Part shown: positions 1 to 13,700 of the stretch, piece by piece | Layout of the letters: every line of letters starts with the position of its first letter | How positions within the stretch are numbered: position 1 is the stretch's first letter | Notes under the pieces: generated by a model | Seen by the model: the letters and a program-made list of their open reading frames with translations, nothing else | The model's database searches: none | What the model was told of the DNA's origin: nothing | DNA from: Callorhinchus milii | Lineage: Eukaryota | Length of the DNA stretch: 64,000 nucleotides | Assembly: GCF_018977255.1 (NCBI RefSeq) | Contig: NW_024704742.1 | Location: 110,176,001-110,240,000, forward strand | Reading direction: 5' to 3' | Position numbers and translations under genes: made by a program

Positions 1-600
1 ATATGTAAAGGAATGATCTGCATTCATTGTGCCATGTTTAATTTAATTCACATGATTTAAGAATCACGTTATGTGGACGTGCTTGATAGAAATCAGTAAT
101 AACTGCTAGATTAGACAATGCTTTAAAATATGGGAAATTACTGGTTCTCACTGGTATGAAATACCACATCAGATCCAAAGAATAAACTACAGAGACAAGC
201 AAAAATGAACCGAACTACTGACAAATGTGCAACTTTCAGTCTGAAAACGGGGATCAAAATAGTAGCATTTGTAGCGGATTCACAACTGGCAATTCAGCTT
301 CACCAACAGGGAATCCAGCTGGTGATCAGCAGGGCATCATGACACACTCACACAATATCTGCTCCACAGAACAGGAATATGGGGATCCATTACGTACTGC
401 TGGTTAACAGCACAATCCCCCGTTTACAACTCTGAAAGAATCCCATTGCCTTTTTGACCTCATTATCGTAAAGTACAATACTTATTTCAAATTTCTTATT
501 GTAAATCTTAATGATTTGTTTTCTCTCCAAATGGAAAAATATATGTTTCTTTGCAATCATTTACTATGAATGATACGTGATACTTGACCATTTTAGGTCA

Positions 601-837
601 GGGAAGGGAGTTTCTCCCAGTGTCCTTGCTAATAATCTCCCCAGATAAAATTGGTCATTCATTTCATGGCTCTTTTGGGCATGTTTGTCCCTATACTTCA
701 CAATAAATCCTGTGAAACTTTTCGAGATGGTCATACATTATACAATCAATTCACTTTGCAGTATATTCTGTGAAGCGCATTGAGACGTCTCGAAGACGTG
801 ATAAGGCGCTATATCAAATGCAAAGATTATTATTATT
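601..837 (+). mobile_element. 3' part of Deu-type SINE with L2-type tail
   Basis: gggagtttctcccagtgtccttgctaataatctcccc..ataaaattggtca matches the Deu-type copy at 32660-32720; ends tgtgaagcgcattgagacgtctcgaagacgtgataaggcgctatatcaaatgcaaag(att)n. Confidence 0.75.
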
Positions 838-943
838 AGGCGTTACATGAAGGTGTCGTTTGATTAGAAAAACAATCATCCATGGGATAAAGGTAGCTTG
901 TCTTAAACCGAAGATACAAAATTCATTAATTTGCATCTGCAAA

Positions 944-1040
944 TACACAGTCACTACATTTAACAGTATCCTATAATGCACTTTGAATTGTCACTCAATG
1001 TGAAAGGCGCTATATATCAACTGCAAATGTTATTATTATT
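944..1040 (+). mobile_element. Orphan SINE/L2 3' tail
   Basis: gcactttga..tgtgaaaggcgctatatatcaactgcaaatg(tta)n. Confidence 0.65.
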
Positions 1041-3351
1041 GAGGTAAATTGGCCAAATTGCATCCTTCTTAACGACTATTAAAATAATTTTGATATCGAT
1101 TTACACTGTACTTATCCGTTTCTTTTGGTGAACGTTGATCGATAGAAAACCATTTTCTCCAGAACTTTAGTTGATAAAGCAAATTGTCTGATTTTTTCAT
1201 TGTGCAGATGGTGTGCATATGTGTTGGTGCGAGAGTGTGAGCTCATCGATAAACTAGTTGTTTTGTTTGTAGCTGCCTTATTTTCTTAGGATTTTCAAGG
1301 TTTCAAAATAAGTGCCGATTTTTACTAAATCTACCTGTTTTTTGGTGGTCAGATTCCCTGCCCCTCTGATTTGTTTACCATTCATATTGTCAACAAAAAA
1401 ATAGACCTTGAAAAAAAGTAAATAAGACCTGGGTTTTTATTTTGTAGATAAAACTGACATTAATGGTTCTTACTTGTTACTCCCATGAGTGTTAAAGTAT
1501 CCTTTTTTCAGGCTTACACAGGATTATTTCTATATATGGTACAATAGAAATTCTACACATTGACGTAACAAAATGTTTGAGCATTTCTGTAGCAACTTTA
1601 CACTAAAATTAGGCAGTGATTTTGCTTTTTGCAAAGAATAGTGAATTATTATACGTAAACTTTGTTCATGAAGAACAAATGACTGGTTCTAAATGTAAAT
1701 TTTGCTCTGCAATAATCAGAATTAACATGTTTATGTGACATAATTCCTGAAGATGTTACTTTATTTTGAAAGCCAAAAAGGTCTGGCAGGCCCCAGAAAG
1801 CAAGACCAACCTTGTAGGAAAATTTAAGTGAAAGGCAACGTCGCACAAAGGGCTTTGTCTTGTTTATTATGCATAACTGTTGCAAAGTAAGTGTAAAAGG
1901 AAAGCCAGCTCATATGAGAAAAAGAGCTTCTAACACATGGCAATGGGTTGAGGAGACATGTTTTGGCATCGCTTCACTAATTCGCCAGCTTTCGTTACAG
2001 CAACAGAACCAAATCTGTTAGAACAAAACCATTTCTCTGCAGGAATATGCATTCTGTTAACGCTATGTCCAAAAAGCTGCTTCAGCAATAGAAAATATAA
2101 ATACAAATTTTAAAGAGCTAAGAGTTCTGTATAACGCACAAATTAGACAAACATTTGTGCCAACAAGACTGGCAGAAAATGAAATGCTTTCAATTTTACT
2201 GCTCCATGCAGTATTTTCTGGGACAATGGCAATTGTATTTTTTTTTCAAAAAACATTTACAGAAAGAATTCTGATCAGTCAATTTCCTGGAGATTGTGCT
2301 GTAAAACAGACCCTTTCACTGCCCACTAGATAAAAGAATGTTAATCTGTCAAAAAGTGAAAGATTGATCAACCTTGCAATATTCTCTGAAGATTGAGTGA
2401 AAATTATAACCAGATTTTTGATGCCCTGCAAACACACTTAAACAGTGTCCTGCAGGTTCAAGTGATGGTGGATTTCAGTGTTTCTTTCTTAAACCTGTAC
2501 AAGATGGCTGATTTAGCAGGATTCTCCTGCACACTTTGATGGAACATTCAGTGTAACAAGATGTGGAACAATTTGTACAAATAACAATTGTACTCAAGGT
2601 GTTCTCAAAAAAAAGTCAAATGATTCTTAACTCAAAACATACAAGAAGCAGTGCCACACTGGGGAACTGCAGGCTCATATAATTATTTGTAGGAAAAAAG
2701 TTTGTTATAAAGAAGTACCATGAAAAAAATATTCATTATGTTATAATACAATGATAGTGTTTTCCTGAGTCCGGTTAGGATGATGTGTTCAATAGCAAGA
2801 ATCTTTTGTGTAAATTGCTGAAGCCTTTATCTTTTTATCTACAACGCTTCGATTCATTTCTGGTTACAAAAGGCTGACAGAACAATTGCTGTTTAACACT
2901 ATATTAGCGGTCTAAACCTGAACATTGATTATTTCTTAGAGTATTTTGTCAGCTTTGAGTTAGAAAATATGATTATATTACAGACTCTATTTTCAGGACT
3001 GGGCTCCGTGGTTCAGCTGGATTGGTGCTATCTGATATGTAACCTTCAGGGCTTCCTGTAAGGTAATTATCATGCTGAGATGAGCTAATCTCACGGTGAA
3101 TACTACACCTGCCTCATTCAACTAATAAATAGGCCTCCGCCATCCACAGACCGCCTGACCTGACTTATTATACTTTACCCATCAGCAAAGAGACTCATAT
3201 CATCTGTAGGCCAAAGGTGAATTGCCTGCAGACAAAGTTGAAATGAATTTTTTGCAGTCCCATTTCACAAGCCAGTCAAACCACATAATTCTGAAGAGCG
3301 CAGCTCCTTAAAGATTTTGCACTTTTAGCTCTGTCACAGTTATATATGTTT

Positions 3352-3481
3352 ATAAGTACTGGTGGTGGCTCCTTCTGCATGTTTGGAGTGGCTGACTCAA
3401 AGATTGGCAGAGCGTGATTCTTTAAATGCCAATCTTTGATACACCAATAAAATTCAGGGACGAGTCACCAACAGTACTTAT
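3352..3481. repeat. ~130-bp imperfect palindrome (MITE-like or hairpin element)
   Basis: ataagtactggtggtggctc..tcaaagattggca pairs with tgccaatctttga..gagtcaccaacagtacttat. Confidence 0.8.
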
Positions 3482-6400
3482 GTATTATAAATCTTAGCTC
3501 AACAATTTCCTTACTAAATTAGAAAGGCAAAGCAATTTTCTCATACTGATAAAGAATTTGTCTGTAATGTTTACAGCCACAAACACCCTTATTCAATCTG
3601 TCAAAACAGTGAAATTTGTTTATGAAGCAAATATGGTGGGAAACGGAACCTAATATTTATTTGTAGTGATCGCTTTAACATCTGAAAGCAGACATCAACT
3701 CCCCTTTCCCCTGTCACAGACAGAAGGAAAATCATTTCATTTTCATGTTGAAATATCGATCTTTGCAGTTAAACGTAAAATAATTAATTTGCAAAATGTT
3801 GCTAAGCACAAATTACCAAGAATGTTCATCCCACTATGGTGTCCTGCTCAGTCTATACCGACCTGCGGTTTTAACCATCACTGCTTCTGTTGAAAAGCTG
3901 CAATAAAGCATTTGTAAGCTATTTCTACAACAGCAGATAAAACAAAGTTATTTACTTTTTGTTATTAACTTCCCTGTGTTTTTTTTACTGTATACATTAA
4001 TATTTTTAACAGAATAATGATTCTCTCCAAGCTCCTTGCAAATAAAAGCAGGAATGAAGGTATTATTATGCACAAATACAAGACATAGACGAATTGAATC
4101 ACTTATAATATTTAGTCTAAAGAATTAAATACATCTTGTATTTTACAGAACAAGTAACGGAATATGGATATACAACGAATATGAGAAAAACTTCCATTTA
4201 ATTTCTCATCACCTTGGCAACACCCTGCGGTCAGTTTTAAATTTTCTCATTGATTCATACGCTCACAGGGAATGCTACTTATCTGCAAGACTTATTAGAA
4301 CATGTCAGTATTAAGTGTCCTCTAATATGTAGGCTGGAACTTGTGCATGCATTAACTGTCACTAGTTCACTCTTGGTATTGTAATTAGTAAGCGGACAAT
4401 CTACAGGCTAAAGCAAGCTGAGCCCTTTGAGTTCTAAATACCCTCATGGTGTTATGCAGGACAAAAATGTCTTCATTCAGTGATTATCTTCCTGTGGCAA
4501 ATTTTGCAATTTCATGTAACCACAATTTTAAATATTTGAAAATGAGTAAAGTGGAAAGCTTGCAGCACATTCCTTCAACACTGCTACAAAATGGGAAATC
4601 TGTCATACTTTTGGCTGCAGTGCAAAAATGCAAACCACAAGTCTCGGAGAGCTCAAAATTAGTCTTGTAATCTAACACTTCTGTACCTATATCAAACATG
4701 ATGCCCAATTGTTGAAGAATTGCAAACCAGTCACATTAATCCTTAACTATCAAGGTGCAGTCAACCACACCTAATTACAGTGTCGCTCTGAGAATCAGCA
4801 CTGTGCCAAACTAACATTTTACATTACTTTTTAATCCCATGTCTTGCCATGTCTTAATCAGAAGGGTTCAGGGGGTTTCAGGTCAAAATGGTCAGCAGCT
4901 AATGTGTATAGTGAGCAAGTAATGCTGTGTTTTATTTCAGAAAAATAAATGAAATTCAAATTTCTGTACACATCTTGGGGTCACTCATAATATATTAAAT
5001 TGCAGTCCAGCAGTAGCTAAGTATAGAGGCAATTAACCTATTAGCAAAAATGTAAAGGTTACTTGAAGAAAGAAAACACCTCTGTTAAATAAATCAAACA
5101 TAACTCAGGGATGTTTAACAAATTACTGAGGACAAGCAGACACTTCCAGAATAGACAGTACTTGATGCTGATTGAATCCAGACTCACAAAGCAATTTACA
5201 GGTTCGTATTACAGTAGTTCGGATGTGAATGCTGTGCATCTCAAAATACTGTTCTTGCAATAAAAGTTGATTATTTTCAATATCTGCTTTTAAGCATTCG
5301 ACTCATGGTTAATTATACAATACCAAAGTATAATTAAGTTTTGTAAAGAATCCTATCAGTTTTGAGAGTAACATATTTTTCTGGATAAAGGATTCAATGT
5401 CAGAACATCTGTTTAACCAAGCTCGCAGCTTTCTTTAGTTTGCTGTTTGTTTTTCAGAATTCTGTGTGGTTTTATATTAAAAATGCAATAACAAACGTAA
5501 CCCACAGTAAGGAAAAAAATCCACCTTTTTGCTGATATTACCTTCTGAAAATACAGTTGAATAAAACAATTACTCGGAATAGCATATTTCAGATGATGCA
5601 AACTTGACTGCCTCACTAAATAACACATAGCTGTTTTACATGACACAAACATAATTTGACTGTCACAGACAATAAACTAGTCATTAAAACAGAACCACTG
5701 TGAACTGGAATAGGGAGCTGGAATTGTAGATATCCTGAAAAGCCTAAGAAGGTAATTATATTCAGTGCAATGATATCTATTACCAGTGTAATTTGGGTAA
5801 ATTATGGTCGATCTATATGTATGCCTATTTCAACTACAGTAAATTTGACATGACTCATTCTTGGGCAAAACGTTTCAGGTGTACACTGGAATGCCTGGTC
5901 TCGAAGTAAATTATTTTCTTCCAATATAACCACTGCTGTCATAAGGAATTACATTTCAGATTTAGTGATGTTAGGTGTCAATTGTAATTTGGTGATGGGC
6001 AGTTTATTGGTGGCATGTAACGTTCTGCTTGGGACCTACAAGTTAGGTCGCAGTCTGCCATATCATTAAAAACCAGTGATCCTTCACTGATGACATAATT
6101 TGACTGGCAGAAAAAAGAGTGGAAAACTGCTTGCTTCCACCTGCACAGAGGCTGCTGCATGTCAGAGATGAATTTGACTTAAAATTAGAAGTGCAGCTTA
6201 GTGGAGTGTCAGCAATGATTTCTCCGTTTTCCACTTTAAATCTGAGAGGAAATTTCCCCCCAGTAATTTCACCTCATTTCACACCTATTTGACAGTTTTC
6301 ATGGGCTGCACAGCCTGACTTGCAAACCCTAAGTGGCCTTGCACTGTGCCGCTATATTTGTTGTAATTTCAGTTCTATTGATATGCATTCAGTGCTGCAT

Positions 6401-8078
6401 TTGGGTCTTAATAAAGATGCCACATGCTATTCAAACTGCAGAGGGTTACAGCTGCAATTCTACTTTTTTTGCTGTATGCGGATCTCTGCTTGTCAAAGTG
6501 AGAGTGCTGAAGAATGAACATTTTCCACTTGTCATCCAGTGAAAATAGCACACTAAGCTCCCCCAGTTAAAGTGTTCTATGGGTCAATGCAATGATCAGT
6601 TCTGATGCTATCTTCCAGTAATATAATCCAAAGCTACAGACAATCTTCCTATTCCACTGTATCTTTCTACCCTTTACAGTCAACCCTGAGCTTCTCTGAA
6701 CTAAGAATAGATGCAAATTGGAACAGGTGAGCACTGTAGTCTCAGCCTCATTTGGGGTATAATTAATACCTCCTTTGCAAATCGAGCTTATAGTTTTTCC
6801 GTTGTGTTATACTCTGGGTGAAAATGGCACCAAATAATATGCCAACTAGATATTCCAAAGTCCTCTCAGTCCCTCTCCTGAAATAAATAAATAGTAATCA
6901 CGCAGAATGCCACATGTACAGCTAGGGCTTTGGGTCACACCATTGAGGACATGTGTTTGTTGATTAGATTGACAGATTGATAAATCATCTGCAGCACCTT
7001 GGATTACCACAGATCTGTTTGAGTTTAACCACATACAGGTTCCTCGAGCTAGTTTATTCCCAGATAAACTTCACCCCCCCTCCCACACCAAGAGGATATT
7101 TTTAGATAGATTATCCATTTTATTGACAGTAAATGGATGCGGGGGCTTAGTGCACCCACTGATTGGGACTCAAACCCGGACCTTTCAGCTCTGATGCACA
7201 GCCGCCTGAACTACAGTGACAGTAACCAAGCCTCAGTCCCCTTCACCATCAACAACATAATAATAACCCTTGCATTTGTTGGCCAGGACACCGAGAGAAA
7301 CTCTCTTCTCTTTTCAAATTGTGCCATTGGATAATAATTTATACTTATAAAATTACAAATGTAATTTGTTGTTGATGTAGTGCCAGATCATGCGGGATGG
7401 AAATCCAGAGAGTGGGATAGAATAGCTGAAAGCTCATTTATAGATGGTGGGGCGGATTGGCTGGGGAATATGGAGCAGGCAGGTTTTAACTGCTCGTACC
7501 AGAGGTACAGTGATTCCACATCCATTTCCTGCATACAGTTTATCAGAGGTACAAAAAGCTGCAGAGTGAAAAAAAATAGTAAACATAAAAATGTGGAAAT
7601 AAAGAAGTGCCCATGTGTGGTGTGAGCACATTGATACAGCACATTTCCAGCCTGTAAAACGTATCTTTGCTTCAAAGGTTCTCCCAAATTCCCGCTCACA
7701 CTGGAGACATGCTTTAACAGTGACTGCGTGCAATGTCCACCAGACCACTGGTTTGAAGTGAGGACGCTGAGAGGCGCTCAGTTAGTCAAGGAGACAGTGA
7801 TCTTGTTTTTAGCTGTAGCTGCTCTCACTGTTGGTGCTGCCATTGTTTGCAGTGCTAGGAAAACTGGAAGCAGAAAATTATGTTTGGGCCTTTGAAAAAC
7901 TGTGCAAGTTATTGTGGGAAATGGGAGTTGTCTTCTGTGTTAATTTGACATCTGTTAGTACAATAATAACAAATTATATTCATGCAGCAACTTTCACATT
8001 GGGAGGACATCTCAAAGCATTTCACAATAGTCCATAATTGGGATATAAGGCTACATTCTCCTTTTCACTATTTGTAGC

Positions 8079-8826
8079 CACAACAACAAGATTACATTTG
8101 TATAGCGCCTTTCATGCCGCGAGGATGCCCCAAGGTGCTGGACAGTGTACAACATTTCAGACCCGAGCTGGGGTCAGTGGGGGAGAAGGGAGGGGAAGGG
8201 GGTTGGCCGATGGCATGGTCGAAGAGGAGGATCTTGAGGTGGGACTTGAAGGAGGCCAAGGAGGGGGTGAGGTGGAGTGACTGGGGGATGGAATTCCAGA
8301 GGTTGTGGGCAGAGTGGGTAAAGCCTTTCCCGCCATTGGTGGGGCAGGTGGGTCGGGGGTCGTGGAGCAGGCCGGAGCTGGTGGAGCGGAGGGAAAAGAC
8401 GGGTTGGTAGGGGGTTAGGAGGTCACAGAGGTAGGGTGGGGCGAGGCCATGGAGGGCTTTGTAGGTGAGGACCAGGATCTTGAACTGGATCCTCTGAGCC
8501 AATGGAGTCGGGTGAGAATGGGGAAGATGGGGTCACGGAGTTTGGTGCGGGAGAGGACACGGGCTGCAGAGTTCTGGATTATCTGCAGCCTGTGGAAGGA
8601 GGAGTTGGGAAGGCCGACAAGCAGGCCATTTGCATAGTCGAGCCTGGAGGTGATGAAGGCATGAACAAGAGTTTCAGCGGCCTGAGGGGTGAGGTAGTGG
8701 CGGAGTTGGGTGATGTTACGGAGGTGAGGGAAGGCAGAGCGGGTCATGGCTTGGATGTGGGGAAGAAAAGACAGTTGAGGGTCAAACAAGATACCTAGGT
8801 TCCTGACTGGCTTGGTGAGCCACAAG
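8079..8826 (-). mobile_element. L2-clade LINE, 5'-truncated 3' fragment
   Basis: Frameshifted ORFs VRNLGILFDPQLSF..LVHAFITSRLDYAN..LHWL and QRIQFKILVLTYKALHGLAPPYL..LWNSIP; (TTG)n tail. Confidence 0.95.
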
Positions 8827-11205
8827 GAGACACATCTACTGAGTCTACAATCCTGGAATAATTACTAATTCATAACTGTAATATCGATTTCTCACTCACT
8901 CTTTCGAGGGTTGGATGTATTAGTACAAAATGTCAAAGACTGTGTATCTAACAGTTCCACTGAAATTTCTTGTAAAAAAATAATGCACTGATGTATGCAA
9001 TGAAACTAAATACATCTGTAGAGGCTCAGAATGCCATGAAGAATTTGCAATAACAGCAACTATTCACAAGCAAGAATGAGACCCTATAAAACAGTAATGA
9101 GACCATATGTGAGGCATTGGTTCTGTTGTTTTCTTGCGAAGATTGGGAGATAGTAAAAGATTCAGGGAGTTGCAAGAAAGATGATCTCTGGCTAAAATTA
9201 ATTGTGGTTACTTTCCACAACAATAATTATGATACCTGAGAGAGAAAAGATGGGGGAAATTCATTGGAGTTTTTAAAATAAGAGGGATCAGTGTTGGCTG
9301 CAAAGTGTTATTTTGTGTGAAATTGGATTAGAAACATCAGGGAAGGTGCTTAGAAGACAAAGAAGCTATGAGCTAAATGTATCTTACATTTATTAATATA
9401 CAGAATAAAGTGTCACTAGCTCGGTAATTGGTGCCTTGTGACGTGTTCAAAGGAAGTTAGTTAGACAGGTACTTGATTCAGCAAGGACGGAAAGTTATCC
9501 ATTTGGGACAAGAAAAATAAATTAAAATAATCATGGATCTTACTAATATTTAGACATTTATACAATCTCTAGTTAAATACACAATTACATTTCACAGCAA
9601 GTATAATGATCCTATGGCTCAATGGGGTAATACATTTACATATTTAATCAGTCTGCCCAGTAAATTGTTCACTAAATGAGCGTTGTTCATTGTGGAATCC
9701 CCATTTATTGAACAATTTACTGCACAGTGTGAATTAACATTTTATAATGGCACTTGGATCACTTCTACACAAAGATTACCTTCACGCTCCTCCTACATCT
9801 GATCAAAATCACATAGGATAGACCCAAATAACAGTGTACAGGGTAGATTATTGCAGTTACAAGTGGGTTGATCATAGATCTAGGTTGCCCTGAAACTGAA
9901 ATGCTGCAATCTCCCATCTAAACCTTTCAAACCTAAAGGATGGGGATCCAGGGCCTATTTTGCAGCCACTTTGGAAGTCACAAATAATTGCGACTATGTT
10001 CAACTTTTGAAGATCCTTAAAGTAAATTGAATGAAGATTCAGTCTTGAATGATTTACAATGAAGTAACCCTAAATTTTAACAAAATCTAAATTACTCCAC
10101 CCCTAGGAGATGCTCTCTAGTGGCATGTTTTGCTGAAAATGAAACTCCCTCAGGATGGTTTTGCTCCAAAGCAATAAACCGCGCTTCATCAGTCCCAGTG
10201 GTGTACGTCACTCAAATCAACCTGCCATAGTGGAATAGACAGTTTACCTATGGGATGTGGATGTTTTACCATGTACCATCCATCTGGTTGTCTTGACTTG
10301 TGCCTTATCAGTGATGCCAAGGTTGGAGGAAATTAAGTTGCTTATGAAGATGGTCATGTAGCAAATAAAAAGAAGACATAATTGCACCAAAATCACCTTG
10401 CAATTTACTAATAGTTCTGAGACTCCCAGTAACAGGAGAACACATGATGTAAAAACACCCCTCAGTCTGGACTCCTGCTATCCATGCCAGATGATGTGTT
10501 CAGTTTTGGCTTATGTCCCATTTATCCATTGACAAAGCAAGGAGTTCAGGCAGTTATGTCACATCAATAGAAATCCTTTCTTATTTCTTTATTGTAACCC
10601 TAGATGTAATTGCCTGTTTCATTCCATCGACAATTTGCTAGTGATTATGATATGAAGCATGCTGGCCATCAATCTCTATGAGATTGACCGACAATAAAGA
10701 ATAAAAACTCTTGGATAGAAATTCGCAGAATTTGAAGTTGTCGATATTGTGAGAATGACTATAAAGCTGTGAATTCATCTATGTTTATGATATTGTAAAA
10801 ACTTCTGGATGAAATTAATACCTTCTAATCACTTCCAGTTATCCATTAATCTCCATTTCTTTAATTATCTGTGATTGCTGTAACAAATTGAAGGGCATTT
10901 TCAATTATTTTATACCTCTGCATATTCATTATTGACCAAACAACATTCAAAACCCTGAATAAATGACGTTGCTGAAGAGTTCTGGAAAAAAAACAGCACA
11001 AGAGAAGAACACTTTACTGAAACAGTCCTCTTTAGTCAAATAAAGAGAAGGATTCAAGCTATTGCGGGGTCAATATTTTGCAATTTTAGTGAATTAATGT
11101 TTAAATTCCAATCCTCCAGGAGACATTTGTTTAGAATCTCCAAAGAAGATACATCCCTGTAATGCAATATAGATTCAATCTACTGAATTATTCTTTAATA
11201 ACTAA

Positions 11206-12207
11206 ATACAATACAAAATTACATTTGTAAAGCGCCTTTCACATCAGGAGGACGTCCCAAGTTGCTCAACAGTCGGGGATTAAGAACCCAGTGGTGGGTG
11301 GGGGGGCGGTGGGTTGGGATCAGAGAGAGTGGAGGGCAGAGAAGATAGCCTAAGGTACAGTCAAAAAGGAAGGTCTTGAAGTGTGCCTTGAAGGAGGCAA
11401 GGGAGGAAGTAAGGCGAAAGGAATGTGGGATGGAGTTCCATAGGGTGGCGGCAGTGATGTTGAATGCCCAACAGCCAATGGTGGGACGGAAGACATGGAG
11501 CCCGCTGGGCGGAGGGAGTAGACAGATTGATAAGAGGTTAGCATGTCAGAGAGGTAAGAGGGGGCAAGGCCATGGAGGGCCTTGAAGGCGAGGACAAGAA
11601 TTTTGAACTAGATCCTCTGAGAGATGGGGAGCCAGTGAAGCCAGATGAGGGTGGGTGTGATGCGGTCATGGAGCCTGGTCCGGGAGAAGATACGAGCTGC
11701 AGAGTTCTGGATGATCTGCAGCTTGTGGAGGGAAGAGTTGGAAAGGGCGACAAGCAGGGCATTGACATAGTTGAGCCTGGATGTAATAAAGGCATATATG
11801 AGGGTTTTGGCGGCCTGAGGGGTGAGGCAGTGGCAGAATCGGGCAATATTGTGGAGGTGGAGGAAGGCAGAGCGTGTCATGGCATGGATGTGGGACAGAA
11901 AGGACAGTTAAGGGTCAAACAAGATGCCTAGTTTCCTGACTGACTTCGTGAGGTAGAGTGTGCATCTGTGGATGCTGATGTTGCCAGTGCCGGCGGTGCT
12001 GAGCCGCTGGCGTGAGCCAATCAGGAGAGCCTCGGTCTTTCTGACGTTCAACTGTAGAAAGTTGGCTCTCATCCAGGACTTGATGTCTGACAGGCAGTCT
12101 GTCAGAAAGGACATCAGTGGTACTGGAGTCGAGGGTGGAGGCAAAGAGATAAGAGTTGGGTGTCATCCACATACATGTGGAAGTTCACCCAATGTCTGAA
12201 GATGATG
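11206..12207 (-). mobile_element. L2 LINE, 3' segment (continues at 13365-13700)
   Basis: RT motif HMYVDDTQL, CLSDIKSWMRANFLQLN..KTEALLIG, LHWLPISQRI; L2 tail at ~11206-11265. Confidence 0.95.
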
Positions 12208-13364
12208 CAGATTTGAACATACTTGGAATTGGGCAGATCGGTGGCAGATGAAATTCAATATGGAGTAAAGTACTTCACATGGGGCCAAAAAATCCTGGAA
12301 GGGACTATTATTTGAACGGAAGGAAAATAATATGAATGGAAAATGAATAAATTGGAGTTCTCCCACCAACAATAATAATAATCCTTGCATTTGATATAGC
12401 GCTTTTCACCTCTTCTAGACGTCTCAAAGTGCTTCACAGAATATGCTGTAAAGTGAATTGACCGTATATTTGTGGGTGAAACGTGGCAGGCAATTGCAAA
12501 CAGCAGTTTCCCACAAACAGTCGTGGATTGAAAATTACCAATTTATTATTGTTTTGGAGGGATTATTATTAGGCGTGTGGAGTAAGGAAACTTGTTGAAG
12601 GTTTCACCCTGCCTGAAATTGGTGTCTTGCTTGCGAGGCGAGTGCTCTAACCACTGAGCTACAGGACTCCACATAATGTTCTGTGACACATAATGTTCTG
12701 TTCAATGACGCAATGTTCTGTGTCATTGAGTAAACCAGATGTTGGGATGTATCAAAAGATCAATAGCAAGCCGAAATATTGGGGTAATCCTGCCACTGTA
12801 TAAATCATTGGTGAGACCATACTTAGAGTCCTTTGCACAGTTCTGGTCGCTGCAGTACAAAAATGATATTGGAAAAATCTAGAAAATACAGAGGAGAGCA
12901 ACCAAAATGATTGAGGGAATGGATGGACTGGACTATGAGGAGCGACTAAATAAATTGGGCATGTTCACGATGGAAAAGAGAAGATTGAAAGGCGACATGA
13001 TTACTGTCTTTAAGATTCTAAAGGGGCAAGACAATATACATCATGACAGGCTGTTTCAACTTGTCCAGAATAATAAAACCAGAGGACACGGCTTGTGATT
13101 GAAGTAGGGGAAATTCAGAACAAATCTACGCAAACACTATTTCAGTGAGCGAATAGTGAACCTGTGAAACAGCCTCCCTAGGGAAACGGTTGAAGCAGGA
13201 AGTGTTCATTTTTCAAACACAGATTAGATAGTTTTCTTTTAGGGAATAACATTATAGATATAGTACATAGATAGTTGCGATATATGTACATGCAACCACC
13301 AGGGAGGTGGAAGGCGAACTAGATGGACCTTGGTCCCTTTTCGTCCAACATTTCTTATGTTCTT
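12208..13364 (+). mobile_element. CR1-clade LINE, 5'-truncated, inserted in L2 and interrupted by a SINE
   Basis: WADRWQMKFN.., LYKSLVRP, YEERLNKLGMFTMEKRRLKGDMITVFKIL..TRGH; ends in tttcttatgttcttatg tandem tail. Confidence 0.92.
12371..12672 (-). mobile_element. tRNA-derived SINE, short subfamily
   Basis: Reverse complement of GTGGAGTCCTGTAGCTCAGTGGTTAGAGC head, shared body, (TTA)n tail. Confidence 0.95.
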
Positions 13365-13700
13365 ATGTCATCAAGAGCATGCACAGGTTGAAGAGGAGAG
13401 GACTGAGGACAGAGCCCTGAGGAACACCACACAAGATGGTGCGGGGGCTGAAGGAGAAGCTGTTTGTGGAGACAAAGTGGAGCCAGTGTGAGAGATAGAA
13501 TCTAAACCATTCCAAGGGAGAACCTTGAAGGTTGAGGTGAGAGGAGAGGCGGTGGAGGAGAAAAGAATGGTCCACAGTGTCAAAGGCAGCAGAGAGGTCG
13601 AGGAGGATGAGGAAATAGAGGGAGCTCTGGTCACAGTTGGACAGAATGTCATTTGTCACCTTGGACAGGGCTGTTTTCGTGCTGTGGACACTCACTCCCA
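13365..13700 (-). mobile_element. L2 LINE, 5' segment, RT domain
   Basis: HSTKTALSKVTND..LILLDLSAAFDTVDH..GVPQGSVLSPLLFN. May extend in degraded form to ~13870. Confidence 0.95.

Noticed and set aside
300..440. Possible minus-strand exon (ctttcag..ATG..gtgagt)
   Set aside because: Splice-like signals are present but the peptide is short and unrecognised; unsupported without RNA data.
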